Shown here: positions 50,316 through 59,840 of the stretch, piece after piece
Numbering within the stretch: the stretch's first letter is position 1
Layout of the letters: the number at the start of each line of letters is the position of its first letter
Source of the DNA: an uncultured Acidobacteriota bacterium
Lineage (GTDB): Bacteria > Acidobacteriota > Terriglobia > Terriglobales > Acidobacteriaceae
Length of the DNA stretch: 64,000 bases
Assembly: GCA_963707735.1 (NCBI GenBank)
Contig: CAVPRB010000008.1
Span: forward strand, 40,941-104,940
Reading direction: 5' to 3'
The notes under the pieces: model-generated
What the model was told of the DNA's origin: nothing
What the model saw: only the letters and a program-made list of their open reading frames with translations
Databases searched by the model: none
Program-made: the position numbers and the translations under genes

Positions 50316-52610
50316 ATGGATCGCGAGCGCGTCAAGCGGTGGGAGGCGCAATGCATCCAGGAGCAGGCGCCAGCCTGCAATGCTGCTTGTCCAGTACACG
50401 TAGATGCCCGGGGACTGCTGGAATGCGTTCGTAAAGGAGATTTCAAGCGCGGACTCAAAATCTTTGCCAACTCCATTTTCTTGCCGCAAATCGTTGCGCG
50501 CATCTGCGATCATCCCTGTCACGGATTCTGTAAACGCGGCGAAGCGGGTGAGCCCCTGAACATTTCGGCGCTGGAACGCGCCTGCGCCGAGTATGGCGGT
50601 ACCGCGCCCGAGGTGCGGCGGCTTTCCGCAAAGCACCAGCGTGTAGCCGTGGTCGGCGGTGGTTTGAGCGGTGTGGTGGTCGCCCTCGATCTCGCAGCCA
50701 AAGGTTACGAGGTTTCGATCCTCGAGGCGTCCGATCAACTGCTTGGCCGGCTCCGCAGGATTGGCGAACATCTGCTGCCGGAAAAGTGCATCGAGACGGA
50801 CCTTGCACTGCTCGAACAGCTTGAAGTCTCGGTGCAATGCAACACGCGGGTATCGCTTGATGGCCCGGCGCCGAATCTCGATTCCCTAACGCAAGACTTT
50901 GACGCTGTTTATCTGGGATGTGGCGACGGTTGGCTATCTGCAGACGGCCATCGCATTGAGATTGATTCCCTGACCTACGCCACAAACAACTCCAAGGTAT
51001 TTGCCGGAGGGACGCTGCGCTATTCGCCCGCGCAGTTCTCGCCGATTACCTCGGTCCAGGACGGCCGCTATGCAGGACTATCGATCGACCGTTTCCTGCA
51101 GGGAGCATCGCTTTCGGCGAGCCGCGAAACGCAAGGGCCGCAGCCTTCCCGTCTCTATACAAACACTTCCGGATTTACTCCGCTGCCGCAGGTACGCGCC
51201 CTGGATCCCCTCGCCGGATATACCCGAGAAGAAGCACAACGGGAGGCCGAGCGGTGCTTCCCCTGTTCCTGCGTGGAGTGCGTGAAAGTCTGCGCGTATC
51301 TGGAGAATTATCGCTCCTATCCGAAGCGTTATGTGCGGGATATCTACAACAATCTCAGCATCGTGATGGGTGTGCGGAACCTGAATCGCATGATCAATTC
51401 CTGTTATCTCTGCGGTTTGTGCGCTGCGGTGTGTCCTGAAAAGCTGAACATGGCGGAGGTGTGCCTGGATGCGCGCCAGAGCATGGTCGCGGACAAGAAA
51501 ATGCCGGCCTCCGCTCATGACTTTGCCTTGCGGGACATGGCGTTCAGCACCGGGGAAGCCTTCGCCATGGCGAGGCATCAGCCGGGTTACGCAACCAGCG
51601 AGGCCGTTTTTTTTCCGGGATGCCAGCTCGCCTCCTCATCGCCTGAGCATGTGCAGTCCTGCTATGAGTTTCTATGCGAGACGCAGGTGGGCGGGGTGGG
51701 GCTGGTCATGAATTGCTGCGGCGCTCCGGCTCTGTGGGCCGGGCGGAATGACATCTTTGAGATGTCGCTGCGTGCGTTGGAGAAGGTATGGGGAGAGATG
51801 GGGAATCCGCGAATCATCACCGCGTGCTCGTCCTGCTATCGTACGCTGAAACAATTCATGCCCCAGTTTCAGGTTGAATCACTTTGGCCGCACCTCAATC
51901 ATGAGAATCTCCCACGGCTCAGCTCCCAGGATTCTGAGCGGGAATTCGCCATTCACGATCCCTGCGCGACCAGAGGCGTGGGTGAAGTAGAAGACGGCGC
52001 TCGCCAACTGCTGCGGCACCTGGGAGTCGAACCAAAAGAACTCAACGAGCGCGGGTTCACGACCTGCTGTGGCTATGGCGGACTGGCCCGTTTTGTGAAT
52101 CCTGATCTGGCGGACAAAACCGTGGCGCGGCGTGCTCAACAGAGCGAATCCGATTATGTGACATACTGCGCCATGTGTCGCGACAGTTTTGCCCGCCAAG
52201 GCAAACGGGCGCTGCATGTTCTGGATTTGATATTCGCGGGCGCTGAGAACGATCCGGCGGCGCGTCCGGATCCTGGTTTTTCGCGGCGTCAGGAAAACAG
52301 GGCTCATCTCAAGACGCGTCTTTTGCGGGAACTCTGGGGAGAAGAGGGAAGGAAATTGGAACCGTCCATAAAATTGCTGATCCCGGAAGAAGTCAGGGCG
52401 TTGCTGGAGCAGCGCATGATTTTGGAGGATGACGTGCGCAGCACGATCGAGCACGCCGAGCAGAGCGGGGAGAAACTCAAGCATCCGGCCACTGGTCACT
52501 GGCTGGCTTGTCATCGCCCCAGTTGTGTTACCTACTGGGTTGAGTACTCGGCGGGGGAATCTGCTTTCCAGGTTCACAACGCGTACTTACACCGGATGCA
52601 GGTGCGCTGA
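50316..52610 (+). CDS. fusion protein: GltD-like Fe-S/FAD-NAD(P) module plus 2x[4Fe-4S] plus two CCG (HdrB/HdrD-like) domains
   Basis: GAGGAG followed by ATG 50316. The N-terminal Cys motifs resemble the glutamate synthase small subunit. VAVVGGGLSG is a Rossmann motif. CFPCSCVECVKVC and CYLCGLCAAVCP are cluster motifs. The CCG-type cysteines occur in FFPGC...NCCG and HDPC...TCCGYGG. Confidence 0.8.
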   Translation: MDRERVKRWEAQCIQEQAPACNAACPVHVDARGLLECVRKGDFKRGLKIFANSIFLPQIVARICDHPCHGFCKRGEAGEPLNISALERACAEYGGTAPEVRRLSAKHQRVAVVGGGLSGVVVALDLAAKGYEVSILEASDQLLGRLRRIGEHLLPEKCIETDLALLEQLEVSVQCNTRVSLDGPAPNLDSLTQDFDAVYLGCGDGWLSADGHRIEIDSLTYATNNSKVFAGGTLRYSPAQFSPITSVQDGRYAGLSIDRFLQGASLSASRETQGPQPSRLYTNTSGFTPLPQVRALDPLAGYTREEAQREAERCFPCSCVECVKVCAYLENYRSYPKRYVRDIYNNLSIVMGVRNLNRMINSCYLCGLCAAVCPEKLNMAEVCLDARQSMVADKKMPASAHDFALRDMAFSTGEAFAMARHQPGYATSEAVFFPGCQLASSSPEHVQSCYEFLCETQVGGVGLVMNCCGAPALWAGRNDIFEMSLRALEKVWGEMGNPRIITACSSCYRTLKQFMPQFQVESLWPHLNHENLPRLSSQDSEREFAIHDPCATRGVGEVEDGARQLLRHLGVEPKELNERGFTTCCGYGGLARFVNPDLADKTVARRAQQSESDYVTYCAMCRDSFARQGKRALHVLDLIFAGAENDPAARPDPGFSRRQENRAHLKTRLLRELWGEEGRKLEPSIKLLIPEEVRALLEQRMILEDDVRSTIEHAEQSGEKLKHPATGHWLACHRPSCVTYWVEYSAGESAFQVHNAYLHRMQVR

Positions 52611-52611
52611 A

Positions 52612-52824
52612 ATGAGTGCGGGAGAGGAATCGCAGGCCGCGGTGCCGCTGATCTGCTGCAAGTGTAATCTGACGCTTGTCAAATCCAAGGTGATAGCCTC
52701 CTATCTGGGCAGCGAATTTCCCATCGAACTCCTAAAGTGTCCGGGGTGCGGCATTGTGCATGTGCCGGAGTCGCTGGCAACGGGCAAGATGATGCAGGTC
52801 GAACAAGCGTTGGAGGACAAATGA
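52612..52824 (+). CDS. small Zn-ribbon protein (CxxC...CxxC)
   Basis: 70 aa, MSAGEES...ICCKCN...KCPGCG. The ATG lies 1 nt after the preceding stop, and the gene's own stop overlaps the next ATG (ATGA). Confidence 0.6.
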   Translation: MSAGEESQAAVPLICCKCNLTLVKSKVIASYLGSEFPIELLKCPGCGIVHVPESLATGKMMQVEQALEDK

Positions 52825-53588
52825 TTCCTGGTGCTGAGTGCGACCTGCGGTACAGGTACGGGCCGGGGAAGGCCCCCGGCTGTGCGGGAGTGCTGGCGCA
52901 TCCAGGCGGATTCGGACTGACCTTGCGTGCGATAGAGCTTGCCCGGTTGAATAAGGGCGCACGTGTTTTGGACCTGGGATGCGGCTCGGGGGAGAGCGTC
53001 CAGCTACTGCGAGCGATCGGCATTGACGCGATCGGATTGGATCACGCGCTCTTGTCTCTCCATCGATCTGCAGCGGAGAACGGCTCATGCGTCGAAGCCT
53101 CCGCCGAGGAACTACCCTTTGCGGATTCGTCCATGGATGGAGTACTCGCGGAGTGCAGTCTTTCGGAGATGTGGAAGCCGCAAAGGGTGCTGGCAGAGTG
53201 CGCCCGTGTTCTCTGTCCCGGTGGCCGGTTGATGATTTCAGACATTTACGCGCGCAATTCCAATTCCCAGGCGATCAGGGCCATCCGGAGCCTCCAGGGA
53301 ACATGCGCATCAGCGATGTTTGTGCGCGAGGAACTGGAGAGTTGGCTGCACGAAGCGGGCTTCGCGCCGCAGTGTTTTGAGGATCATTCGTGCGCTCTTC
53401 GCGAGTTCGTCGCGCGCTTCATCTTTGATCACGGTTCGATAGAGCCGCTATGGGAGGAGGAAGCGCACGCATCGAATGCGCAGGCAATTGCTGCCGCTAT
53501 GAAGCAGGCGAGAGCGGGTTATTTTCTCCAGATTTCCACTTATGTGGAGGGAAGGGTGAAGGAAAATGGGAACCGCGATGCGAGATGA
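52821..53588 (+). CDS. class I SAM-dependent methyltransferase
   Basis: Motif I VLDLGCGSGE and motif post-I/II (DGVLAECSL...LCPGGRLMISD). Confidence 0.8.
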   Translation: MIPGAECDLRYRYGPGKAPGCAGVLAHPGGFGLTLRAIELARLNKGARVLDLGCGSGESVQLLRAIGIDAIGLDHALLSLHRSAAENGSCVEASAEELPFADSSMDGVLAECSLSEMWKPQRVLAECARVLCPGGRLMISDIYARNSNSQAIRAIRSLQGTCASAMFVREELESWLHEAGFAPQCFEDHSCALREFVARFIFDHGSIEPLWEEEAHASNAQAIAAAMKQARAGYFLQISTYVEGRVKENGNRDAR

Positions 53589-54028
53589 CGAGTTTGGAAT
53601 CATGGAACTTGCCATGCGCGGATTCAACTGCAGCCAGATACTTGTTTTGATGGCCCTGGAGGCACAGGGCCGGGAGTGTCCGGATCTGGTGCGCGCCATG
53701 ACCGGCCTGCTCTCCGGCCTCGGCTGCGGAAAACTCTGCGGAGCTCTTACCGGGGGATGCTGCGTGCTGGGAATGTATGCCGGCAAGGATTCCGTCGAAA
53801 ACAACGCGGATCACCCGATTGCAGACCATGCTCGCGAATTTTGTAGAGTGGTTCGAATCGGAATACACGACTCGATACGGCGGCATCAACTGCGCGGAGA
53901 TTGTGCAGGACGACGCGCGCCTGAGAATGACGCGCTGCCAATCGATCGTCATGGAAAGCCTGGAAAAACTCAGGGAAATTCTTGCGGATCATGATTATGA
54001 GTTCAGCCAGCAGCCACATTCCGTCTAG
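53566..54028 (+). pseudogene. C-GCAxxG-C-C family protein, one frame change
   Basis: GFNCSQ...GCGKLCGALTGGCCVLG is in ORF 53566. The conserved C-terminus LQTMLANFVEWFESEYTTRYGGINCAEIV...RCQSIV is in ORF 53777..54028. The shift lies near 53818. Confidence 0.7.
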
Positions 54029-55154
54029 GGAGCCGGCGCCGGGGATCGCAGCGATCATTCTTGCTGCTGGATACTCGTCACGCATGGGGCAGTTTAAGCC
54101 CCTGTTGCGGATGGGTGATTGCCTGGTGATCGAATCCGTTGTGCGGATGTTTTTCAATGCTGGAATCTCAAATGTTAACGTGGTGGTGGGTCATCGCGCA
54201 CAGGAACTGTACCCGGTTGTCGAGGCTTCGGGCGCCAAGTGCGTGCCGAATCCTGAGTTTGATCAGGGCATGTATTCGTCCGTGTGTGCGGGCGTAGCGG
54301 CACTGCCGGTTGGTGTTGAGGCGTGCTTCGTGATCCCTGCAGACATTCCGCTGGTGCGGGCGAGCACAATTCGCCGCATGGTTCGCTACTTCTTTGCAGA
54401 AGAGAGCAAACCAGTGGTCTATCCGGTCTTTGAGGAACGCCGGGGACATCCACCGCTGATTTCCCGTGCGGTTCTGTCGGAAGCATTGGCAGGCGGGCCA
54501 TTCGCGAGTCTCTCCGCGCTGCTGGCGAACCATGAGGACGAGGCGTTCAATCTTTTTGTGCCGGATGAGGGCATTCACCTCGATCTGGACACGCCAGAGG
54601 ACTTGACCAGAAGTTGTGAGATTGCTTCGCACCGTGAGATTCCCAGTCCACGGGAGTGCGAAGCTCTTTTGGCTTGCTATCAAAGTGATGGTCTGGTGAT
54701 TCGACACTCACGGGCGGTTGCGGAGGTTGCGTACCGCATGGCGTTGGCCTTGGCAGAGAGAAAACTCCCGCTTGACCCTTACCTGGCGAGGGCAGGCGGG
54801 CTTTTGCATGATCTGGCCAAAGGTATGGATGACCATGCCGGCGCCGGTGCGCGCCTTCTCCGTGATTTCGAGTTTGAGAATGTCGCCCGCGTGGTGGCGG
54901 CACACACCGATTGCTCCTCAGATGAGCAGAAATTGGACGAGGCTGCGATCCTCTACCTGGCAGACAAACTGGTGAGCGGCGAGCAGCTGGTGGGACTGGC
55001 GCAGCGCTTCCATCGGTCACGGGAGAGGTTTCGCGAAAACCCCCACGCCTTGGCCGCGGTTCTGCGGAGGCAAGCCCGGGCGGAAGCGATTGCCAAGGAA
55101 GTTGAATCCTGCCTCGGGGTTGAATTGCAATGCCTGCTCGGCGCTACGCGGTGA
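53991..55154 (+). CDS. MobA/MocA-like NTP transferase fused to an HD-domain phosphohydrolase
   Basis: N-terminal AAIILAAGYSSRMGQFKPLL matches the MocA/MobA signature. The C-terminal region has HS...GLLHDLAKG...AAHTD, typical of HD domains. Confidence 0.8.
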   Translation: MIMSSASSHIPSREPAPGIAAIILAAGYSSRMGQFKPLLRMGDCLVIESVVRMFFNAGISNVNVVVGHRAQELYPVVEASGAKCVPNPEFDQGMYSSVCAGVAALPVGVEACFVIPADIPLVRASTIRRMVRYFFAEESKPVVYPVFEERRGHPPLISRAVLSEALAGGPFASLSALLANHEDEAFNLFVPDEGIHLDLDTPEDLTRSCEIASHREIPSPRECEALLACYQSDGLVIRHSRAVAEVAYRMALALAERKLPLDPYLARAGGLLHDLAKGMDDHAGAGARLLRDFEFENVARVVAAHTDCSSDEQKLDEAAILYLADKLVSGEQLVGLAQRFHRSRERFRENPHALAAVLRRQARAEAIAKEVESCLGVELQCLLGATR

Positions 55155-55173
55155 GAACAGGGAAGGCAAGAAT

Positions 55174-56616
55174 ATGGCGGTGCAAACAATGAGCGGGGCT
55201 GTCAGAAAGTTGGGAGTAACGGAAAGCGTTTGCCCGCACTGCTTGCGCCGCATCGATGCCGAACGAATTGCCGAAGGAGACGACGTTTTTCTTCGTAAGA
55301 ACTGTCCTGAACATGGGCCGTTCCAGACTATTCTCTGGCGCGGGTTGGAATCCTACAGCGCCTGGGCAGACAAGAGGATGGTGCCGTCTCGTCCACCTTC
55401 CTGCTCAGCTGGCACGTCGCGCGGATGTCCGTTCGACTGCGGCCTCTGTTCCGAACACCGTCAGCACACCTGTTGCGTGGTCCTGGAGGTGACTCAACGC
55501 TGCAATCTGAATTGCCCGGTTTGCTTTGCTGACGCAAAATCGGATGGCAGAATTGATCCCAGTCTCAAGGAAATCCAGGTTTGGTGCCAGACCCTGTTAA
55601 GCAACGGTGGTCCGTATAATATTCAGCTCTCCGGTGGAGAACCGGCCTTGCGTGACGATCTTCCGGAGATCGTCCAGATGATACGGGCATGCGGCTTCAG
55701 TTTCGTGCAACTGAATACCAACGGCGTTCGACTCGCCCAGGACCGTGACTACGCGAGGCGGTTGAAGGATGCGGGACTTGGCTGCGTCTTTCTGCAGTTC
55801 GACGGCGTTTCCGAGGCGGTCCACCGTAAGATTCGCAGCCTCGACCTCCGCCAAGTCAAGGATGCTGCGATTCGCATCTGTACTGATTATGAATTGGGAG
55901 TTGTGCTGGTGCCCACGCTTGTGCCCGGCGTCAACACCGCACAGATTGGCGACATGATCCGGTTTGCCATCGCCAACGCGCCCACCGTCCGTGCGATTCA
56001 CTTTCAGCCCGTCAGCTACTTTGGCCGCTACCCGTCACTGCCTCAAGATTCTGATCGCATCACGCTACCGGAGGTGATGCAGAGGATCGAGGAACAGACC
56101 GCCGGCCTCTTTTGCGCGAAGGATTTCTACCCTGCTTCGGGCGAGAACGCTTTTTGCGAATTTCACGGGAAATTCTGGTTGCGTCCTGATGGCCGGGTTG
56201 AGCCCGCGGTGCGGCCCGTAGTTTCGTGTTGTGCACCGCCCCGCGATGAACGCCTGGTGCAACTCGGAGCCGAACCAGATGGAAACGGCGAAGCAGCGCG
56301 GCGGGCGCGCAAGTTTGTTGCGCAGCACTGGGCGCTTCCGCCGCTGAAGCCTGTGTCCGTCCCCGAGGCGGGAATCGATGTCAGCAGCCTTGATGCATTC
56401 CTCGCCCAGAATAGGCATTCTTTCTGCATCTCCGGCATGGCTTTTCAGGATGCATGGAATCTCGATCTCACCCGCTTGAAAGAGTGTTTTCTGCATGTCC
56501 TCTCTCCGGACCGGAAAATGGTTCCGCTCTGCGCCTACAATCTCACCGGCATCGACGGTCGCGCGCTCTATCGAACATTCGGTATCGCGCAGGCTGAGGC
56601 CGGAGGCGTGGCATGA
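55174..56616 (+). CDS. radical SAM protein with N-terminal Zn-ribbon and large C-terminal domain
   Basis: CPHCLRR...CPEHG ribbon, GCPFDCGLCSEH, the radical SAM triad CNLNCPVC, and LSGGEP. 480 aa. Confidence 0.85.
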   Translation: MAVQTMSGAVRKLGVTESVCPHCLRRIDAERIAEGDDVFLRKNCPEHGPFQTILWRGLESYSAWADKRMVPSRPPSCSAGTSRGCPFDCGLCSEHRQHTCCVVLEVTQRCNLNCPVCFADAKSDGRIDPSLKEIQVWCQTLLSNGGPYNIQLSGGEPALRDDLPEIVQMIRACGFSFVQLNTNGVRLAQDRDYARRLKDAGLGCVFLQFDGVSEAVHRKIRSLDLRQVKDAAIRICTDYELGVVLVPTLVPGVNTAQIGDMIRFAIANAPTVRAIHFQPVSYFGRYPSLPQDSDRITLPEVMQRIEEQTAGLFCAKDFYPASGENAFCEFHGKFWLRPDGRVEPAVRPVVSCCAPPRDERLVQLGAEPDGNGEAARRARKFVAQHWALPPLKPVSVPEAGIDVSSLDAFLAQNRHSFCISGMAFQDAWNLDLTRLKECFLHVLSPDRKMVPLCAYNLTGIDGRALYRTFGIAQAEAGGVA

Positions 56617-57959
56617 ATACCTCTCTTGCCGCGATTCGGAAAACGCCTTTGGAGAATTGGATTGCGCATCGCATCGATGTCGCTCCTGGGACGCTTACGC
56701 CAAGCGACCTATCGCGATACCAGGTGGCAAAGCTGCGCCAGACTCTGGGCTGGGTACGAGAACGCAGTTCATTCTACTCGCGTCATCTTAGCGGCTTCGA
56801 TGAATCTTCGCTGCGGTCGATGGAGGACGTGCGCCGGATTCCATTTACTACCGCGGCGGACCTTTCCCGGCATGCATCGCGTTTCCTTTGCGTTTCGCAG
56901 GACGAGATTCAACGGGTTGTGACTCTGGCGAGCAGCGGCACCAGCGGAGAGCCGAAGCGCCTTTTCTTCACTGCATCAGACCAGGAGTCCGCGCTCGACT
57001 TCTTCGAACACGGCGTATCGACCCTGGCGGAGCGCGGAGACACGATGTTGATCGCCCTTCCCGGCGAACGACATGGAAGCGTGGGCAATTTGCTTGCCAA
57101 GGGAATCGAACGATCCGGTGTGAGGCCGGTCGCGTATGGGCTGATCTCGAATCCCGCGGATGTTTTAGAGACGATGGCGCGCGAGTGCGCAACCAGCATC
57201 ATCGGGTTCCCGGTGCAGTTGTTATGTCTCGCAAATCAGCGCGGTCGGCTTGCAGACCGGGTCTTTTCTAAGCTGCGCAGCATTGTGTTGTGCAGCGATC
57301 ACGTTCCATCGGCCGCCGTCCGGACATTGCAACAGCGCGCCGGGTGCGAAGTGTTTGAACATTATGGCATGACCGAGATGGGATTAGGCGGCGGGGTGGA
57401 TTGCCAAGCCCACGCCGGTTATCACCTGCGAGAGGCTGACCTCCTGTTCGAGATTGTAGATGTTCGAAGCGGAGAGCCAATGCCCGACGGAGAGATGGGA
57501 GAGGTCGTGTTTTCGACTCTTACGCGCCAAGGAATGCCGCTGATCCGATACCGGACCGGCGACATCTCTGGTTTTTCCGCGGAACGGTGTCCATGCGGTA
57601 CCATGCTGAAGACTTTGCAACGTATTCGCGAACGGTCCGATGGCAGAATTTCTCTTGGCCCTTGTGGCGAAATCAACATGGCCGTTCTAGATGATGCCTT
57701 GTTCGAGGTTCCAGGCCTGGTTGATTTTGCCGCCATTCTGACTCGTGCCACGACGGCAGAACTTCGGATTGTGTGCCAACTTCTGTACACCGAGGAACAG
57801 TCTGCAATTCATTCCGCAGTCGAGCGGTTAGAACAGAACGTAATTGCAATTGAGCGCGGGCGGCGGAGTGGAGAATTGCGGTTGCGAGTCGAGGTGGCAT
57901 CCAAACCGTTCGTGTTCAACGGCGCGAAAAGAAGGATCGAGGTGCGCGGAGAGCAATGA
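56613..57959 (+). CDS. PaaK/F390-synthetase-family adenylate-forming ligase
   Basis: SSGTSGEPKR AMP-binding motif, YGMTE, and a length of about 448 aa typical of phenylacetate-CoA-ligase-like enzymes. Confidence 0.85.
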   Translation: MNTSLAAIRKTPLENWIAHRIDVAPGTLTPSDLSRYQVAKLRQTLGWVRERSSFYSRHLSGFDESSLRSMEDVRRIPFTTAADLSRHASRFLCVSQDEIQRVVTLASSGTSGEPKRLFFTASDQESALDFFEHGVSTLAERGDTMLIALPGERHGSVGNLLAKGIERSGVRPVAYGLISNPADVLETMARECATSIIGFPVQLLCLANQRGRLADRVFSKLRSIVLCSDHVPSAAVRTLQQRAGCEVFEHYGMTEMGLGGGVDCQAHAGYHLREADLLFEIVDVRSGEPMPDGEMGEVVFSTLTRQGMPLIRYRTGDISGFSAERCPCGTMLKTLQRIRERSDGRISLGPCGEINMAVLDDALFEVPGLVDFAAILTRATTAELRIVCQLLYTEEQSAIHSAVERLEQNVIAIERGRRSGELRLRVEVASKPFVFNGAKRRIEVRGEQ

Positions 57960-58615
57960 ACCCAAGCAAGCTCTATCTCGTGCGGCACGGTGAGATCATC
58001 TCTGTGAGTGGCAAGAGGTACATCGGGCAACTGGAGGCGCCGCTGAGCGAACGCGGAGTGGAGCAGGCCTGGGCCCTCCGCAACTGGCTGGAGCCGATCG
58101 AATTTTCCCGAATCCTATGCAGCGATCTCACCCGTTCCGAACGAACGGCAAAGATCATCACCGGCCAACGGGAAGTCCCCATTCAGGTGCGGTCTGAACT
58201 GCGCGAAGTCAACCTTGGCGATTGGGAGGGCGTCAGCTTTCGCGAGATCGCGACCCGCTTTCCCGCAGATTTCGAAGCCCGGGGAAGAGATTTGGAACAC
58301 TGGCGCCCTCCGGGAGGAGAGAGTTTTGCCGACTGCTGGAATCGTATCTCTCCAGTTCTGGATAAGGTCCTATCCAACCCAGGGGGAAACATTCTTATTG
58401 TCGGCCACGCGGGCGTTAATCGGTTAATTCTGTGTGCCGCGCTCGGAATCCCGACAGCCAACCTGATGAGCCTGGGTCAAGATTACGGCTGTCTGAACAT
58501 CATCGAGTACAACGATCAGCGCTGCCGCCTGCAGCTGCTGAACTATGCACCGTTGGTAACCGGGATGGCCATGCAGGCTACGCAAGTCAATTCCCAGCGC
58601 AGGGCGAGCAGATGA
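57956..58615 (+). CDS. histidine phosphatase family protein (CobC/PGM-like)
   Basis: LVRHGE (the RHG motif), SDLTRS, and a downstream GHAG motif. Confidence 0.85.
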   Translation: MNPSKLYLVRHGEIISVSGKRYIGQLEAPLSERGVEQAWALRNWLEPIEFSRILCSDLTRSERTAKIITGQREVPIQVRSELREVNLGDWEGVSFREIATRFPADFEARGRDLEHWRPPGGESFADCWNRISPVLDKVLSNPGGNILIVGHAGVNRLILCAALGIPTANLMSLGQDYGCLNIIEYNDQRCRLQLLNYAPLVTGMAMQATQVNSQRRASR

Positions 58616-58628
58616 GAGGTAGGACGCG

Positions 58629-59804
58629 ATGGCAATCGTATACTTAGACAACAACGGCACGACTCCCTTGCTACCGGAAGTACTGGAAGCGATGATGCCC
58701 TACTTCCGGGAGGAATTCGGGAATCCCTCCTCCATTCATGCGTGCGGCCGGCGTGCGCTCGCTGCTCTGAAGCATGCGCGCACCTCCGTGGCAAGTATGC
58801 TGGGGTCCCGGGCAACAGAGATTATCTTTACCAGCGGCGGGACAGAAGGCGATAATCTTGCGCTCCTCGGAATGGTTGCCCCGGGAGACCACGTCATTAC
58901 CTCCGTCATTGAACACAGCGCGATCCTGCAGACCTGCCTCTACCTCGAGCACATCGGCTGCCAGGTTACGCGGATTGGAGTGAGTTCCGACGGGCGGATC
59001 GACCCTGATGATGTGCGCAAAGCATTGCGGCCGAATACAAAGCTCATCTCAGTCATGATGGCAAATAACGAGACTGGGGTGCTGCAACCGGTCCAGGAGA
59101 TCGGAGACCTCGCCAAGGAGGCCGATGTGTGGTTCCACACCGATGCCGTGCAGGCCGCGGGCAAGGTCGCCATCGACGTCGCTCGGCTCGGCTGCGATCT
59201 GCTGACGATCACTGCGCACAAGATCCATGGCCCGCAGGGAACCGGTGCTCTGTTCGTGCGCCGAGGAACCCCGCTGCGTCCGCAGATTCACGGTGGTCAT
59301 CAGGAGAACGGGCGGCGCCCCGGCACCGAAAATATTCCCGGAATCGTTGGCCTCGGCCGCGCCTGCGAGATTGCGCGGCGTGGATTGAGTGATGGCTCAA
59401 TGGCACGGATTGGTTCATGGCGCGACAAATTGGAAGCAGCGGCGCTGGAGCAAATTTCAGGGACCGGCGTGAATGGCGCGAACGCCCCGCGGGTTTCGAA
59501 TACGTCCAACATTTACTTCGATCATGTGGGAGGTGACGCACTGGTCCTGGCGCTCGACGAACTCGGGATCGCTGTCTCGCGCGGAGCAGCCTGCAATGCG
59601 GGCGAGGCCGAACCCTCCAGCATTCTCATGGCGATGGGGCTCAGCGGCGAGCGTTCGCGGTCCAGCTTGCGCTTTAGCATCGGGAAGGCAGACTCGGAAC
59701 CAGACATCGACTATCTGATCTCCGTCTTGCCCGGCGCCGTACGGCGGCTGCGTGAAGCATCGCCATTCTTCTCAACTTCGCAATCGGTCATAACCCACGG
59801 ATGA
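58629..59804 (+). CDS. nifS: cysteine desulfurase (NifS/IscS class)
   Basis: SGGTEGDN, the PLP lysine in ITAHKIHGPQG, and the active-site Cys in SRGAACNAG. Confidence 0.9.
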   Translation: MAIVYLDNNGTTPLLPEVLEAMMPYFREEFGNPSSIHACGRRALAALKHARTSVASMLGSRATEIIFTSGGTEGDNLALLGMVAPGDHVITSVIEHSAILQTCLYLEHIGCQVTRIGVSSDGRIDPDDVRKALRPNTKLISVMMANNETGVLQPVQEIGDLAKEADVWFHTDAVQAAGKVAIDVARLGCDLLTITAHKIHGPQGTGALFVRRGTPLRPQIHGGHQENGRRPGTENIPGIVGLGRACEIARRGLSDGSMARIGSWRDKLEAAALEQISGTGVNGANAPRVSNTSNIYFDHVGGDALVLALDELGIAVSRGAACNAGEAEPSSILMAMGLSGERSRSSLRFSIGKADSEPDIDYLISVLPGAVRRLREASPFFSTSQSVITHG

Positions 59805-59840
59805 TATGAGTTCTGCGGCCCGCATGGATGGGAGAAGACA

